Below are positions 46,065 through 53,065 of a stretch of 64,000 bases of DNA, one piece after another. The position numbers and the translations under genes were made by a program. A model generated the notes under the pieces. It saw nothing but the letters and a program-made list of their open reading frames with translations, had not been told where the DNA came from and made no database searches. The first letter of the stretch is position 1. The number at the start of each line of letters is the position of its first letter. Source of the DNA: a virus; IMG/VR virus record IMGVR_UViG_3300045988_105168, positions 32,001-96,000 of that record; one strand, 5' to 3'.

Positions 46065-46287
46065 AATCTTCCTCCTCTACATCATCAAACATTCCCAAAC
46101 GATAATCGTCGTAAATAGCATCAACATCTTCTTCATACACATCTACAAGCTCTACATCTACAACTTCTTCGTCTCTAGTATCAATAAGACTATTTTCTTC
46201 GGCTAATTCATAAGCGTCTTCTTTATTAGTAGCAGACACTTTAATATATTGCTCCTTGGTTACTTTAAATAAATATTCTTTTATCAT
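46024..46287 (-). CDS. small strongly acidic protein
   Basis: 87 aa, Asp/Glu-rich (DVYEEDVDAIYDDYRLGMFDDVEEEDYDEEGID). Confidence 0.45.
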   Translation of the reverse strand: MIKEYLFKVTKEQYIKVSATNKEDAYELAEENSLIDTRDEEVVDVELVDVYEEDVDAIYDDYRLGMFDDVEEEDYDEEGIDNYLYGR

Positions 46288-46832
46288 ACTTCTTCCATCT
46301 CCTCAAAATCAGATTGTTTAACTTTAGAAAGAAATAATCTTACACCACAGATAGTTAAATCTATATTGGTTGCTAATGCCTTTGCAACAATTTCTGCAAA
46401 ATTATCATCCTCGTCCTCATCAACAATAGCGCCAATTTCATATAATACTGGTTTTACGTGGTTATAAATCATATCGTCTAGCGTTTCGCCATCCTCAATA
46501 GCTTCAACGTCTGTAAAATCTCCATAATCTACACATAAGCAAAGTAGGTCTGGGTCACTTAGGAAATAATCAATAGTTTCTCTCATATCTTCTTCGCCAT
46601 TTTCTTCTAATAATTTTTGTTCAAATGTTTGCATTTCTAACTCTACAGTTAAATCATCATCTTGCGGTTTCACATCAAAACATTTTGAGTTCCAAATAAA
46701 CACACTCTTACCATCGCCCTTTGGCATAATCTCAATCGATACTAAAACACCACAATCATATGTTTTAGCAATTTCATAATTACTTTCATAATATCTGTCA
46801 ATAAAACTTTCAACTAATCTTTTTGTTCTCAT
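46284..46832 (-). CDS. acidic hypothetical protein
   Basis: 182-aa ORF with acidic patches. Confidence 0.5.
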   Translation of the reverse strand: MRTKRLVESFIDRYYESNYEIAKTYDCGVLVSIEIMPKGDGKSVFIWNSKCFDVKPQDDDLTVELEMQTFEQKLLEENGEEDMRETIDYFLSDPDLLCLCVDYGDFTDVEAIEDGETLDDMIYNHVKPVLYEIGAIVDEDEDDNFAEIVAKALATNIDLTICGVRLFLSKVKQSDFEEMEEV

Positions 46833-46841
46833 ATTATCCTC

Positions 46842-47030
46842 CTATTCCCATTCAAATGTAACGTTGTTACCTTCTCCTAATAACGTCCAATTTCTATCTG
46901 GAGAAACCTTACATTCTGGGCACTCTGTCTTTAGTAATTTTTTCATCTTTTCTTTTTCTACAAATATTAAGTGTCCGCACTTTTTACACTCAAACACTAA
47001 ACAATTAAACTTTACTTTTTTGGCTGTCAT
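46842..47030 (-). CDS. small zinc-ribbon protein
   Basis: 62 aa, CKKCGH...CPEC. Confidence 0.45.
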   Translation of the reverse strand: MTAKKVKFNCLVFECKKCGHLIFVEKEKMKKLLKTECPECKVSPDRNWTLLGEGNNVTFEWE

Positions 47031-47311
47031 TCACACACCTTCTTCACACTGTTAACTTTAAACGCTTCAGAGCTATTTCCGCAATATAAAGTCCCATATC
47101 TTGATAAACACTCTTGAGCTATACCAGTATTACCGTTATAATCAACATATTCATAATGACATACTGGCGGCTTATACTCTTTTATATATGTTATGATACC
47201 ACCTATAAATTTAAAACCTAAAACAATGGCAGCTATAAGAAGAACCCCTGTTATAAGTACACCAATAAACTCTAATACAGCCTGTACTTTATTCCAATAT
47301 TTATTTCCCAC
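47027..47311 (-). CDS. small membrane protein
   Basis: 94 aa with a TM helix (FIGVLITGVLLIAAIVLGF). Confidence 0.45.
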   Translation of the reverse strand: MGNKYWNKVQAVLEFIGVLITGVLLIAAIVLGFKFIGGIITYIKEYKPPVCHYEYVDYNGNTGIAQECLSRYGTLYCGNSSEAFKVNSVKKVCE

Positions 47312-47567
47312 TAAATATTACTCCTTCATCAATTAAAGTAAATTCGTGAATTTCCATTCTTTTCTTTAAATCGTCAAGATACGACTGAATATCTTGCTCT
47401 GTATATCGGCGGTCTCTATTACAATACATATCCCACGGTAAAGCCTTACGGCTTGTCGCGTGTTGAAATGCTTTCTTGGCTCCAGCTGGCGTGTCATAAA
47501 AAGGAACATTTTGTTTATAAGAAACCTTATATAATTCGCCGTCTTTATATAATGCATATAATTTCAT
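47301..47567 (-). CDS. hypothetical protein
   Basis: The likely start is ATG 47567 (MKLYALYKDG, AGGAGG upstream). Confidence 0.5.
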   Translation of the reverse strand: MKLYALYKDGELYKVSYKQNVPFYDTPAGAKKAFQHATSRKALPWDMYCNRDRRYTEQDIQSYLDDLKKRMEIHEFTLIDEGVIFSGK

Positions 47568-47569
47568 AA

Positions 47570-47860
47570 TTAACCTCCTATCACCCAACATTTAAACGCA
47601 CCCTTATCATCAGGTTCGCACTCTAAGAATAATTGCATTGAGCCGTCCTCGTAACCCATAATCTCTTCCCAGTCGCCGTCGTCAATAACTTCTTGTTTGG
47701 TCTTGTATCTATACCACGTTACAAAAGGTTCCCAGTCATCAAGTTCGCGGTCGTAATTTGATTTATACTCGGCAATGGCAGCTTCCTTTGTATAATTATT
47801 GTAATTGAAGGCCATACCCTCATCACCAAGAAGTAGAAAATCAGCTGTTACTTTCGCCAT
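47570..47860 (-). CDS. hypothetical protein
   Basis: 96-aa ORF. Confidence 0.5.
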   Translation of the reverse strand: MAKVTADFLLLGDEGMAFNYNNYTKEAAIAEYKSNYDRELDDWEPFVTWYRYKTKQEVIDDGDWEEIMGYEDGSMQLFLECEPDDKGAFKCWVIGG

Positions 47861-48182
47861 TTAAACCATCCCATAATATAGACTTTGCCTTCTCAACATT
47901 TCCAAACTCTAATTCTTTTAAAGCGACGTTTATCCTTTTTAAAAGTGCGTCCGTCGTTTCCGCCATAGCTTTCTGATTACTAATTAACGCCTCGTTCGTC
48001 TCTGCCAACTCACGCAGACATTCTTCCATCGCGGCAAGTAATTTATATGTCCCGCCACTTCCACGTCCGCCATAATAAATTTGTATAGGCGCGGCCTCTT
48101 TACGCATACAGGCTTTAATGTGGTCTTTGATTTCTTGTATAGTCGGTTCTAACTCTTCAATTCTTTCTACGCCAATCTCCAT
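47841..48182 (-). CDS. hypothetical protein
   Basis: The likely start is ATG 48182 (MEIGVERIEEL). Confidence 0.5.
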   Translation of the reverse strand: MEIGVERIEELEPTIQEIKDHIKACMRKEAAPIQIYYGGRGSGGTYKLLAAMEECLRELAETNEALISNQKAMAETTDALLKRINVALKELEFGNVEKAKSILWDGLNGESNS

Positions 48183-48186
48183 AGTA

Positions 48187-48489
48187 TCACCTCTCAAATA
48201 TTATATTTTTAAACTTATGCCCAGGCAGCCAAGGTGGCAACATCATTATTGGATGCACGTATATATTTAAACCATCTGGCGTCTCAATTCGGCGCTGGTT
48301 CTTACTTATCTTCGACTCTAAACAGCCACGGGCAATATCTGAGAACACTTCATCAGCTGCCTTGGCCGTTGAACATATATACAACACATCTTTGGCCGCG
48401 CTGTCCTTACGCGACATTATATTGTAAAAATGTGTAAATGCTTCCTGTGACGTTTCTGCTAGGGCACGCACCTCATTAAATAAAACCAT
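48187..48489 (-). CDS. hypothetical protein
   Basis: 100-aa ORF. Confidence 0.5.
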   Translation of the reverse strand: MVLFNEVRALAETSQEAFTHFYNIMSRKDSAAKDVLYICSTAKAADEVFSDIARGCLESKISKNQRRIETPDGLNIYVHPIMMLPPWLPGHKFKNIIFER

Positions 48490-48719
48490 TATTGTGACGA
48501 ACCCTCCTTATATTCAGCCAGCTTTCTTTCTGCCTGTTCTCGCTTCGTCTTTTGAACGAGCTCGATATTCTTCGTAAGATTTTCGGGTGTAAATGTGGCT
48601 GCCACATCTTCATTAGTTATGACGCCTTTAGCAATCAGCAACTCTAATATCAACATATCCCTAGCAATAAATTCATCTGAGTTAGAGTAGCCCTTAAATA
48701 ATTCATCAAAATCAAACAT
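48489..48719 (-). CDS. hypothetical protein
   Basis: The likely start is ATG 48719 (MFDFDELFKG, GGGAGG upstream). Confidence 0.5.
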   Translation of the reverse strand: MFDFDELFKGYSNSDEFIARDMLILELLIAKGVITNEDVAATFTPENLTKNIELVQKTKREQAERKLAEYKEGSSQ

Positions 48720-48720
48720 A

Positions 48721-48921
48721 TTAATACCTCCCAATTAATTGATAGTTGGTTACGCCAACATTCGTAATTCCTTCGTTAGTTTCCATAATATAATTTTGAA
48801 GCTCCTTAATATCATCAACGGTCTTAATCTTGCGTTTTAACTCTAATGTTATAATTCCAGTGCCGCCCTTAAATATATAAGCCACTAAGTAATGATAAAA
48901 CCTCTTCTTTCTCTTAAACAT
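48721..48921 (-). CDS. hypothetical protein
   Basis: The likely start is the ATG in a TAATG overlap with the upstream stop (MFKRKKRFYHY). Confidence 0.4.
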   Translation of the reverse strand: MFKRKKRFYHYLVAYIFKGGTGIITLELKRKIKTVDDIKELQNYIMETNEGITNVGVTNYQLIGRY

Positions 48922-49199
48922 TAATACGTCCAACCTCCAAACGCCCAATGGGCAACAATTTCATCGCAGTCTTCACAAACTACATCAAATTCACACAAGC
49001 AACCATCTGGAATATTATCTCCTCCAAAATCCCGATTAGCTTCCTTCAAGTGTTGGCCGTCACAATGCGGACAACGTACTGGTGTACCGTCATAATCAAT
49101 GTAGCCATCATCAACCAATCTAGTTACCATATCTTCATATACGGCATCGTTTAAAGCATCTAACTCAAAATCCCCACTGAATTCAAATAACTCTTCCAT
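48921..49199 (-). CDS. small zinc-ribbon protein, first gene of the leftward operon
   Basis: 92 aa, CPHCDG...CEDCDE. TAGGAG SD upstream. Confidence 0.5.
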   Translation of the reverse strand: MEELFEFSGDFELDALNDAVYEDMVTRLVDDGYIDYDGTPVRCPHCDGQHLKEANRDFGGDNIPDGCLCEFDVVCEDCDEIVAHWAFGGWTY

Positions 49200-49224
49200 A
49201 TCTTATTCTCCTATCTTTATATAT

Positions 49225-49253
49225 ATGATACCATATTATATTACATATGTCAA
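49225..49253 (-). promoter_or_regulatory. sigma-A promoter for the leftward operon starting at 49199
   Basis: Minus strand TTGACA (49253-49248), 17 nt, TATCAT (49230-49225) preceded by TGG. Confidence 0.65.
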
Positions 49254-49272
49254 TAAAGTTTTCGCAAAAAGC

Positions 49273-49301
49273 TTGACAGATTTCCTAAATAGTAGTATAG
49301 T
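49273..49301 (+). promoter_or_regulatory. sigma-A promoter for the 36-codon peptide gene
   Basis: TTGACA (49273-49278), 17 nt, TATAGT (49296-49301). Back-to-back with the leftward promoter. Confidence 0.65.
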
Positions 49302-49340
49302 ATATACATCAAAGGCGCATAATAGAGTAAGGAGGGAATT

Positions 49341-49451
49341 ATGTTTAATTTATTATTAAGTATGTTATGTTGGAATGCCTTTAAGGCAACACCTGAGAGC
49401 AATGCAAAAAGGAGACGTTATAACTTATCTACCAATTTCAGTAGACGTTAA
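49341..49451 (+). CDS. 36-aa peptide (hydrophobic N-half, Arg-rich C-half)
   Basis: Own translation MFNLLLSMLCWNAFKATPESNAKRRRYNLSTNFSRR. TAAGGAGGG SD 6 nt upstream, own promoter and terminator. Below the track's size cut-off. Confidence 0.5.
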   Translation: MFNLLLSMLCWNAFKATPESNAKRRRYNLSTNFSRR

Positions 49452-49465
49452 GCGTCTTTTTTTTT
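49443..49465 (+). terminator. short hairpin plus T9 terminator
   Basis: AGACG-ttaag-CGTCT then nine T. The peptide stop codon lies in the loop. Confidence 0.5.
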
Positions 49466-49934
49466 GTTGTAATGCCGACAACAGTTCTATACTAAATCAT
49501 AAAAGCAGGCATTACACTGTTGTGACGAACCCGCGGTTTGCAAGGTTTGGTTTTCCCTATGGCAGAACTATGGCTGTCCTATTGCTTTTTTATATATTCT
49601 ATACTCTCTTATTCTTTAAGGACTACCCTTTTTAGCCCTTATAAATAAAGGCCTTTTAGAGCATATGGTGCAAAAAAATTTTAAAATTGAACCAAATGCG
49701 TCTTAGAGGTCTAAAAATGGTTTGCTATGGCAGCCTATAATGTATTAATAAGTAGGTGTGTATAATAAGTTGCCATAGAGTCTAGTCTATAAGCTAAGAC
49801 TGCCTATATACGAGCAAAGGCTACTAAGAGTCCTCGCGTCCCAAGTATTATTGTAAAGACTACCCCTACTAAATGTAAAAATGTAAAGAAAGCCATTATT
49901 TGTAAAGGAATTTTGGCTGTCCGTGTGTTCAGAT

Positions 49935-49954
49935 GAGACGTATGTCTCTTTTTT
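49935..49954 (+). terminator. short hairpin plus T-run terminator inside the non-coding block
   Basis: GAGAC-gtat-GTCTC followed by six T. Confidence 0.4.
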
Positions 49955-50040
49955 GTTTAGTGGCTGTATAAGGTAAGACAAGTGCTGCCTGTGTGTGAGG
50001 GAAGATTTCCTGGCAGTGTAAAGAGTAAGGAAGACTTTTT

Positions 50041-50088
50041 GGCTGGAAAAGTGTGATTTTCTGGGGGTTTTGGGCTGGAAAAATGTGA
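50041..50088 (+). repeat. direct repeat GGCTGGAAAA(G/A)TGTGA x2
   Basis: Copies at 50041-50056 and 50073-50088 in a G+T-rich stretch. Confidence 0.8.
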
Positions 50089-50176
50089 GAGCTGTGTGTT
50101 GACGTGGGAGATGGGTGTAGTTGCGTGACTACGTGGATGAGTGGAAATTCGTAAGGCGGCCTTCCGAAAAGAGCAG

Positions 50177-50235
50177 CTACATTATAAAGTGGGGGTTTTT
50201 TGCCTTTTTAATTGTAAAATACCCCCATAATGTAG
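50177..50235. other. long interrupted hairpin
   Basis: CTACATTAT-aaagt-GGGGG, 26-nt loop, CCCCC-ATAATGTAG (14 paired positions). Confidence 0.6.
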
Positions 50236-50274
50236 TATAAATGTATATTTTAACCACATAAACCACCAAACCAC

Positions 50275-50307
50275 CAAAAAAAGCCGACTACTTAACAAGT
50301 AGCCGAC
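50275..50307 (-). terminator. terminator downstream of the 193-aa AT-rich gene
   Basis: Minus strand CTACTT-gtt-AAGTAG core with flanking partial GC pairs, followed by a T run (A run 50275-50282 on plus). Confidence 0.45.
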
Positions 50308-50324
50308 TTCACAAGTATTTTTTT

Positions 50325-50906
50325 TTATGCTGTTATCTCTTCAAGTGTTATTTTATCACTAATTAAAATATAATCTTGATAATCTTTTAACCTCTTTTCA
50401 TAATGTTTAAAACTTTTATATATAATATTATCTATTGTTTTTATACTTGCTTTTATCTCTTCTTTTATCTCTTCTTTTTTATCATATTGTTTAATTAGTT
50501 TATAATCAATTATTTTATTATCTTGTTTTATAACCTTATATAAATTATAATATTTTATATAATGTAAATAGATGCTATTATTATTTTTTAAATCAAATAT
50601 AGCGAGTTGCTTGTTATCTCTTCCAACTTCTAACGCTTCCAAATAATCTATAATATGTATAGATATATCAATATACATTATATCATTATCAACCCATAAA
50701 CCAATATAAACATTATCAATATTTTTTATTTTTTCTTTTTTCTTTTCTATCTCTTTTTTAATCTCTTCTATATTGTTTATATCTGTTTTTATCTCTTCCC
50801 CGTATAAACTAACCATAAAACCATTATTATATGATATATTATTATAGTTTTTGTCTAGTGTAGCCCCCTTGTTTTCTATTATTTCAATTATTTTTTTATT
50901 ATCCAT
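50325..50906 (-). CDS. hypothetical Lys/Ile/Asn-rich protein in an AT-rich island
   Basis: 193-aa ORF. Composition is visibly more AT-rich than the rest of the window. Confidence 0.5.
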   Translation of the reverse strand: MDNKKIIEIIENKGATLDKNYNNISYNNGFMVSLYGEEIKTDINNIEEIKKEIEKKKEKIKNIDNVYIGLWVDNDIMYIDISIHIIDYLEALEVGRDNKQLAIFDLKNNNSIYLHYIKYYNLYKVIKQDNKIIDYKLIKQYDKKEEIKEEIKASIKTIDNIIYKSFKHYEKRLKDYQDYILISDKITLEEITA

Positions 50907-51001
50907 TTTTTACCGTTCCTTTACTTTTCTATTATATTTTTTTAACCTTAACCCCTTATATTCTTATTATATGTAATATATCTTTTTTTATACTCTTTTT
51001 T

Positions 51002-51244
51002 TTACTCTTCCCCCTCTTCCTCTTCTCTTTTTACTATTGCTTTTATATTCTTTTTAATTAATGATATAAAAGCCGTAAACATTATATAATTAATAATATC
51101 ACTATTAAAATATAAGTTAACTCCATCACTAGCCATTAAGTTAAGCCCATATAATAGAGCCATAAAGCCACCTAATAAAGCCATAAACCCCACATATAAA
51201 ACCCACTTTTTAAATCTCCATTTTTTAATTTTTTTTACTTTCAT
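51002..51244 (-). CDS. small membrane protein in an AT-rich island
   Basis: 80 aa with two hydrophobic helices and an acidic tail EEEEGEE. GAGG SD upstream. Confidence 0.45.
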   Translation of the reverse strand: MKVKKIKKWRFKKWVLYVGFMALLGGFMALLYGLNLMASDGVNLYFNSDIINYIMFTAFISLIKKNIKAIVKREEEEGEE

Positions 51245-51301
51245 TTTTTTAACCTCTTTTCTAGTTAAGGACTTTTTTATTATCTCCCCTTAACTAATAT
51301 A

Positions 51302-51330
51302 ATTATATCAAATAAAAAAAAATAATACAA
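51302..51330 (-). promoter_or_regulatory. sigma-A promoter for the AT-rich island genes
   Basis: Minus strand TTGTAT (51330-51325), 17 nt, TATAAT (51307-51302). Phased T/A tracts lie upstream. Confidence 0.5.
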
Positions 51331-51402
51331 GCATTTTTTTACATTTTAACATTATTTTTTTACATTTTACATTTTTTTGTAAAGTGCTTTTTTTTTGCCT
51401 TG

Positions 51403-51435
51403 TTTTTCTACTATATAAAAAAGCCGTGCTATAAT
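51403..51435 (+). promoter_or_regulatory. conserved early promoter, copy 0 (points into ORF-free repeats)
   Basis: TTTTTCTACTATAT box, TGcTATAAT. CTAC to -10 spacing is 22 nt, as in all other copies. Confidence 0.6.
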
Positions 51436-51492
51436 GTTTATAGATAAAAAAAGCAAGTATAAAAAAGCCGTTTTTATCATATAATATTAATA

Positions 51493-51528
51493 GAGCCGAC
51501 ACGAGCCACGAGCCGAACGAGCCGACAC
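51493..51528 (+). repeat. short tandem repeat GAGCC(GA)(C/A)AC x4
   Basis: GAGCCGACAC GAGCCAC GAGCCGAAC GAGCCGACAC read directly. Confidence 0.8.
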
Positions 51529-51607
51529 GAACGAATGTTCACACGAACAAGTGTTTGTCAACCAAAAAAGGTTGACAGACTAACACGAACGAATGTTTGA
51601 CACGAAT
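51525..51607 (+). repeat. two copies of ACACGAACGAATGTT..ACACGAA flanking the palindrome TGTCAACC-aaaaaa-GGTTGACA
   Basis: Direct repeats at about 51525-51548 and 51583-51607. Palindrome arms at 51556-51563 and 51570-51577. Confidence 0.75.
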
Positions 51608-51609
51608 AC

Positions 51610-51727
51610 ATAACACGGCATAGAGTTTTTGTGGGGAATTTTGCACGAGAGCATAACACGGCATAAAAAAGTTGTGGGGGAAATCGGCAGAATATAACAC
51701 GAATTTAAAAAATCGTGGGGAAATTTC
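51610..51727 (+). repeat. three tandem 41-43-nt repeats ATAACACG-N-(T/C)GTGGGG(G)AA(A)T
   Basis: Units start at 51610, 51653 and 51694. The last ends at the upstream edge of promoter copy 1. Confidence 0.8.
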
Positions 51728-51731
51728 AAAA

Positions 51732-51764
51732 TTTTTCTACTATATGCAATTTATATGGTATAAT
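51732..51764 (+). promoter_or_regulatory. conserved early promoter, copy 1
   Basis: TTTTTCTACTATAT, 22-nt register, TGgTATAAT. Confidence 0.6.
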
Positions 51765-51825
51765 TAAAGCAGAAAAGGACATAATATAAGTAGAGCAACA
51801 AAAAAATAAAAAAAAGTTAAAAAAA

Positions 51826-51856
51826 TTTCTACTATATCAAAAAGTTGTGGTATACT
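51826..51856 (+). promoter_or_regulatory. conserved early promoter, copy 2
   Basis: TTTCTACTATAT, TGgTATACT, same register. Confidence 0.6.
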
Positions 51857-51889
51857 AGAAGTGTAAAAAGCAAGGAAGAGGTGTTAAAA

Positions 51890-52105
51890 TTGTATAAAAA
51901 CGAGATTAAAAAAGAATTACAAGCCATTTATAATAGCAATAAAAACATTGATAATGAATTAGTGAATATTAAGGTTGCTATACATAATTTGGAGAAATTA
52001 GGTTGTAATACAAAAGACCTTGAAAAAATGCTTGATAACATTGGAATTGAATTTTATAAATTTAAAGTTGAGAATAAAGAAGTATTAAAGAATTGGAGAG
52101 TGTAA
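51890..52105 (+). CDS. small early protein
   Basis: The likely start is TTG 51890 (GAGGTG 6 nt upstream). The track's start at 51845 lies inside promoter copy 2. Confidence 0.45.
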   Translation: MYKNEIKKELQAIYNSNKNIDNELVNIKVAIHNLEKLGCNTKDLEKMLDNIGIEFYKFKVENKEVLKNWRV

Positions 52106-52108
52106 ACT

Positions 52109-52393
52109 ATGAATAATAAAGAATATAGAACAAACTATGCTAAAAAATATAAATTAGAATTTGAGGACTATAACGGGTGGTGTAATAGGGACACTTGGTT
52201 AGTTATGCTATGGTTGAATAACGACCAAAACAACTACGAGGGTATAACAAGAATTATTAATAACACGCACGAGTTAAAAGATTTGAGTGATATGCAATTA
52301 TACGGCATTTTAAAAGACTTTCACTATGGGGACAAAATCAATTTTAATAGGGTTGATTTGGACGAGGTTAGATTTGGTTTAACTGAAAATTAA
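52109..52393 (+). CDS. small early protein
   Basis: 94-aa ORF with a GGAGAG SD. Confidence 0.5.
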   Translation: MNNKEYRTNYAKKYKLEFEDYNGWCNRDTWLVMLWLNNDQNNYEGITRIINNTHELKDLSDMQLYGILKDFHYGDKINFNRVDLDEVRFGLTEN

Positions 52394-52408
52394 GCCAAAA
52401 TCTAGCAG

Positions 52409-52490
52409 AACGGAAAGAAATCACACACTATAAGGTTTTTGAAATACCTATAACGGAAAGCAATGGAAAGAAATCACGGAATATAAGGTT
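52409..52490 (+). repeat. 29-nt direct repeat (AAYGGAAAGAAATCAC....TATAAGGTT) x2 in a GGAAAG-rich untranslated spacer
   Basis: Copies at 52409-52437 and 52462-52490. Further (A/T)(A/C)GGAAA(G/C) words lie between and after them. Confidence 0.75.
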
Positions 52491-52546
52491 ATGGAAAGCA
52501 GAGCCATAACACGAGCCGTGAAAAAGAACGGAAACGAGGGAAAATT

Positions 52547-52753
52547 ATGTTTGAAGATAAAAAAATCACTATTGAAAAAGTAAAAGATTTAATTTATGCA
52601 CTACAAAATGAATTTGATAATGAATTGGACTATGATTATACGAGTGAATATAAGGCAGAATTTACGGAAACGGACTTTAATATTATGCTTGAATTTTTAG
52701 AAAGATTTGTTGGAAAATTTGAATTATCTATTGTAGAAGAATTAGAAGATTAA
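52547..52753 (+). CDS. small acidic early protein
   Basis: 68-aa ORF with a GAGGGA SD. Confidence 0.5.
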   Translation: MFEDKKITIEKVKDLIYALQNEFDNELDYDYTSEYKAEFTETDFNIMLEFLERFVGKFELSIVEELED

Positions 52754-52766
52754 GAGGTGGAAAACT

Positions 52767-53048
52767 ATGTTTGATTTAACTATAACACAAGAGGTTAACA
52801 AGTTATTAAAAGACATTAGAAAAGAATTAAAAAACAAGGGTTATAACAAAAGCACGAGCCGTACTAATAGATATATAGGCACAATGCACTTGAATTATAC
52901 GACTGAATATTTTATTAAAGGCAACTTATTATTTGAAATTGAAAGAGATTTGAATAATAGCACTATAACAACAAGACTATTCTATAACGGCACAAACGGA
53001 AAAGAAACAAAAGAAATAAGACTAGCAGACATTTTAAGTCTAGCATAA
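52767..53048 (+). CDS. small early protein
   Basis: 93-aa ORF with a GAGGTGG SD. Confidence 0.5.
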   Translation: MFDLTITQEVNKLLKDIRKELKNKGYNKSTSRTNRYIGTMHLNYTTEYFIKGNLLFEIERDLNNSTITTRLFYNGTNGKETKEIRLADILSLA

Positions 53049-53065
53049 CAAAAGAGGTGGAAATT

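Noticed and set aside
49375-49981. Track ORFs 49375-49635 (+) and 49787-49981 (-) in the non-coding block.
   Set aside because: They have no SD. The first overlaps the well-signalled 36-codon gene and its terminator in another frame. Both cut through hairpins and repeats. The region is better treated as non-coding.
50100-50170. Riboswitch-like words (CGTGACT.., GGCGGCC) reminiscent of ZTP or c-di-GMP leaders.
   Set aside because: The defining conserved segments of those classes, as I recall them, are absent, and no regulated ORF follows.
51308-51502. Track ORF of 64 aa on the minus strand.
   Set aside because: It spans two promoters (51302-51330 minus, 51403-51435 plus) and phased T-tracts, has no SD, and its sequence is poly-Lys/Phe from A/T runs.
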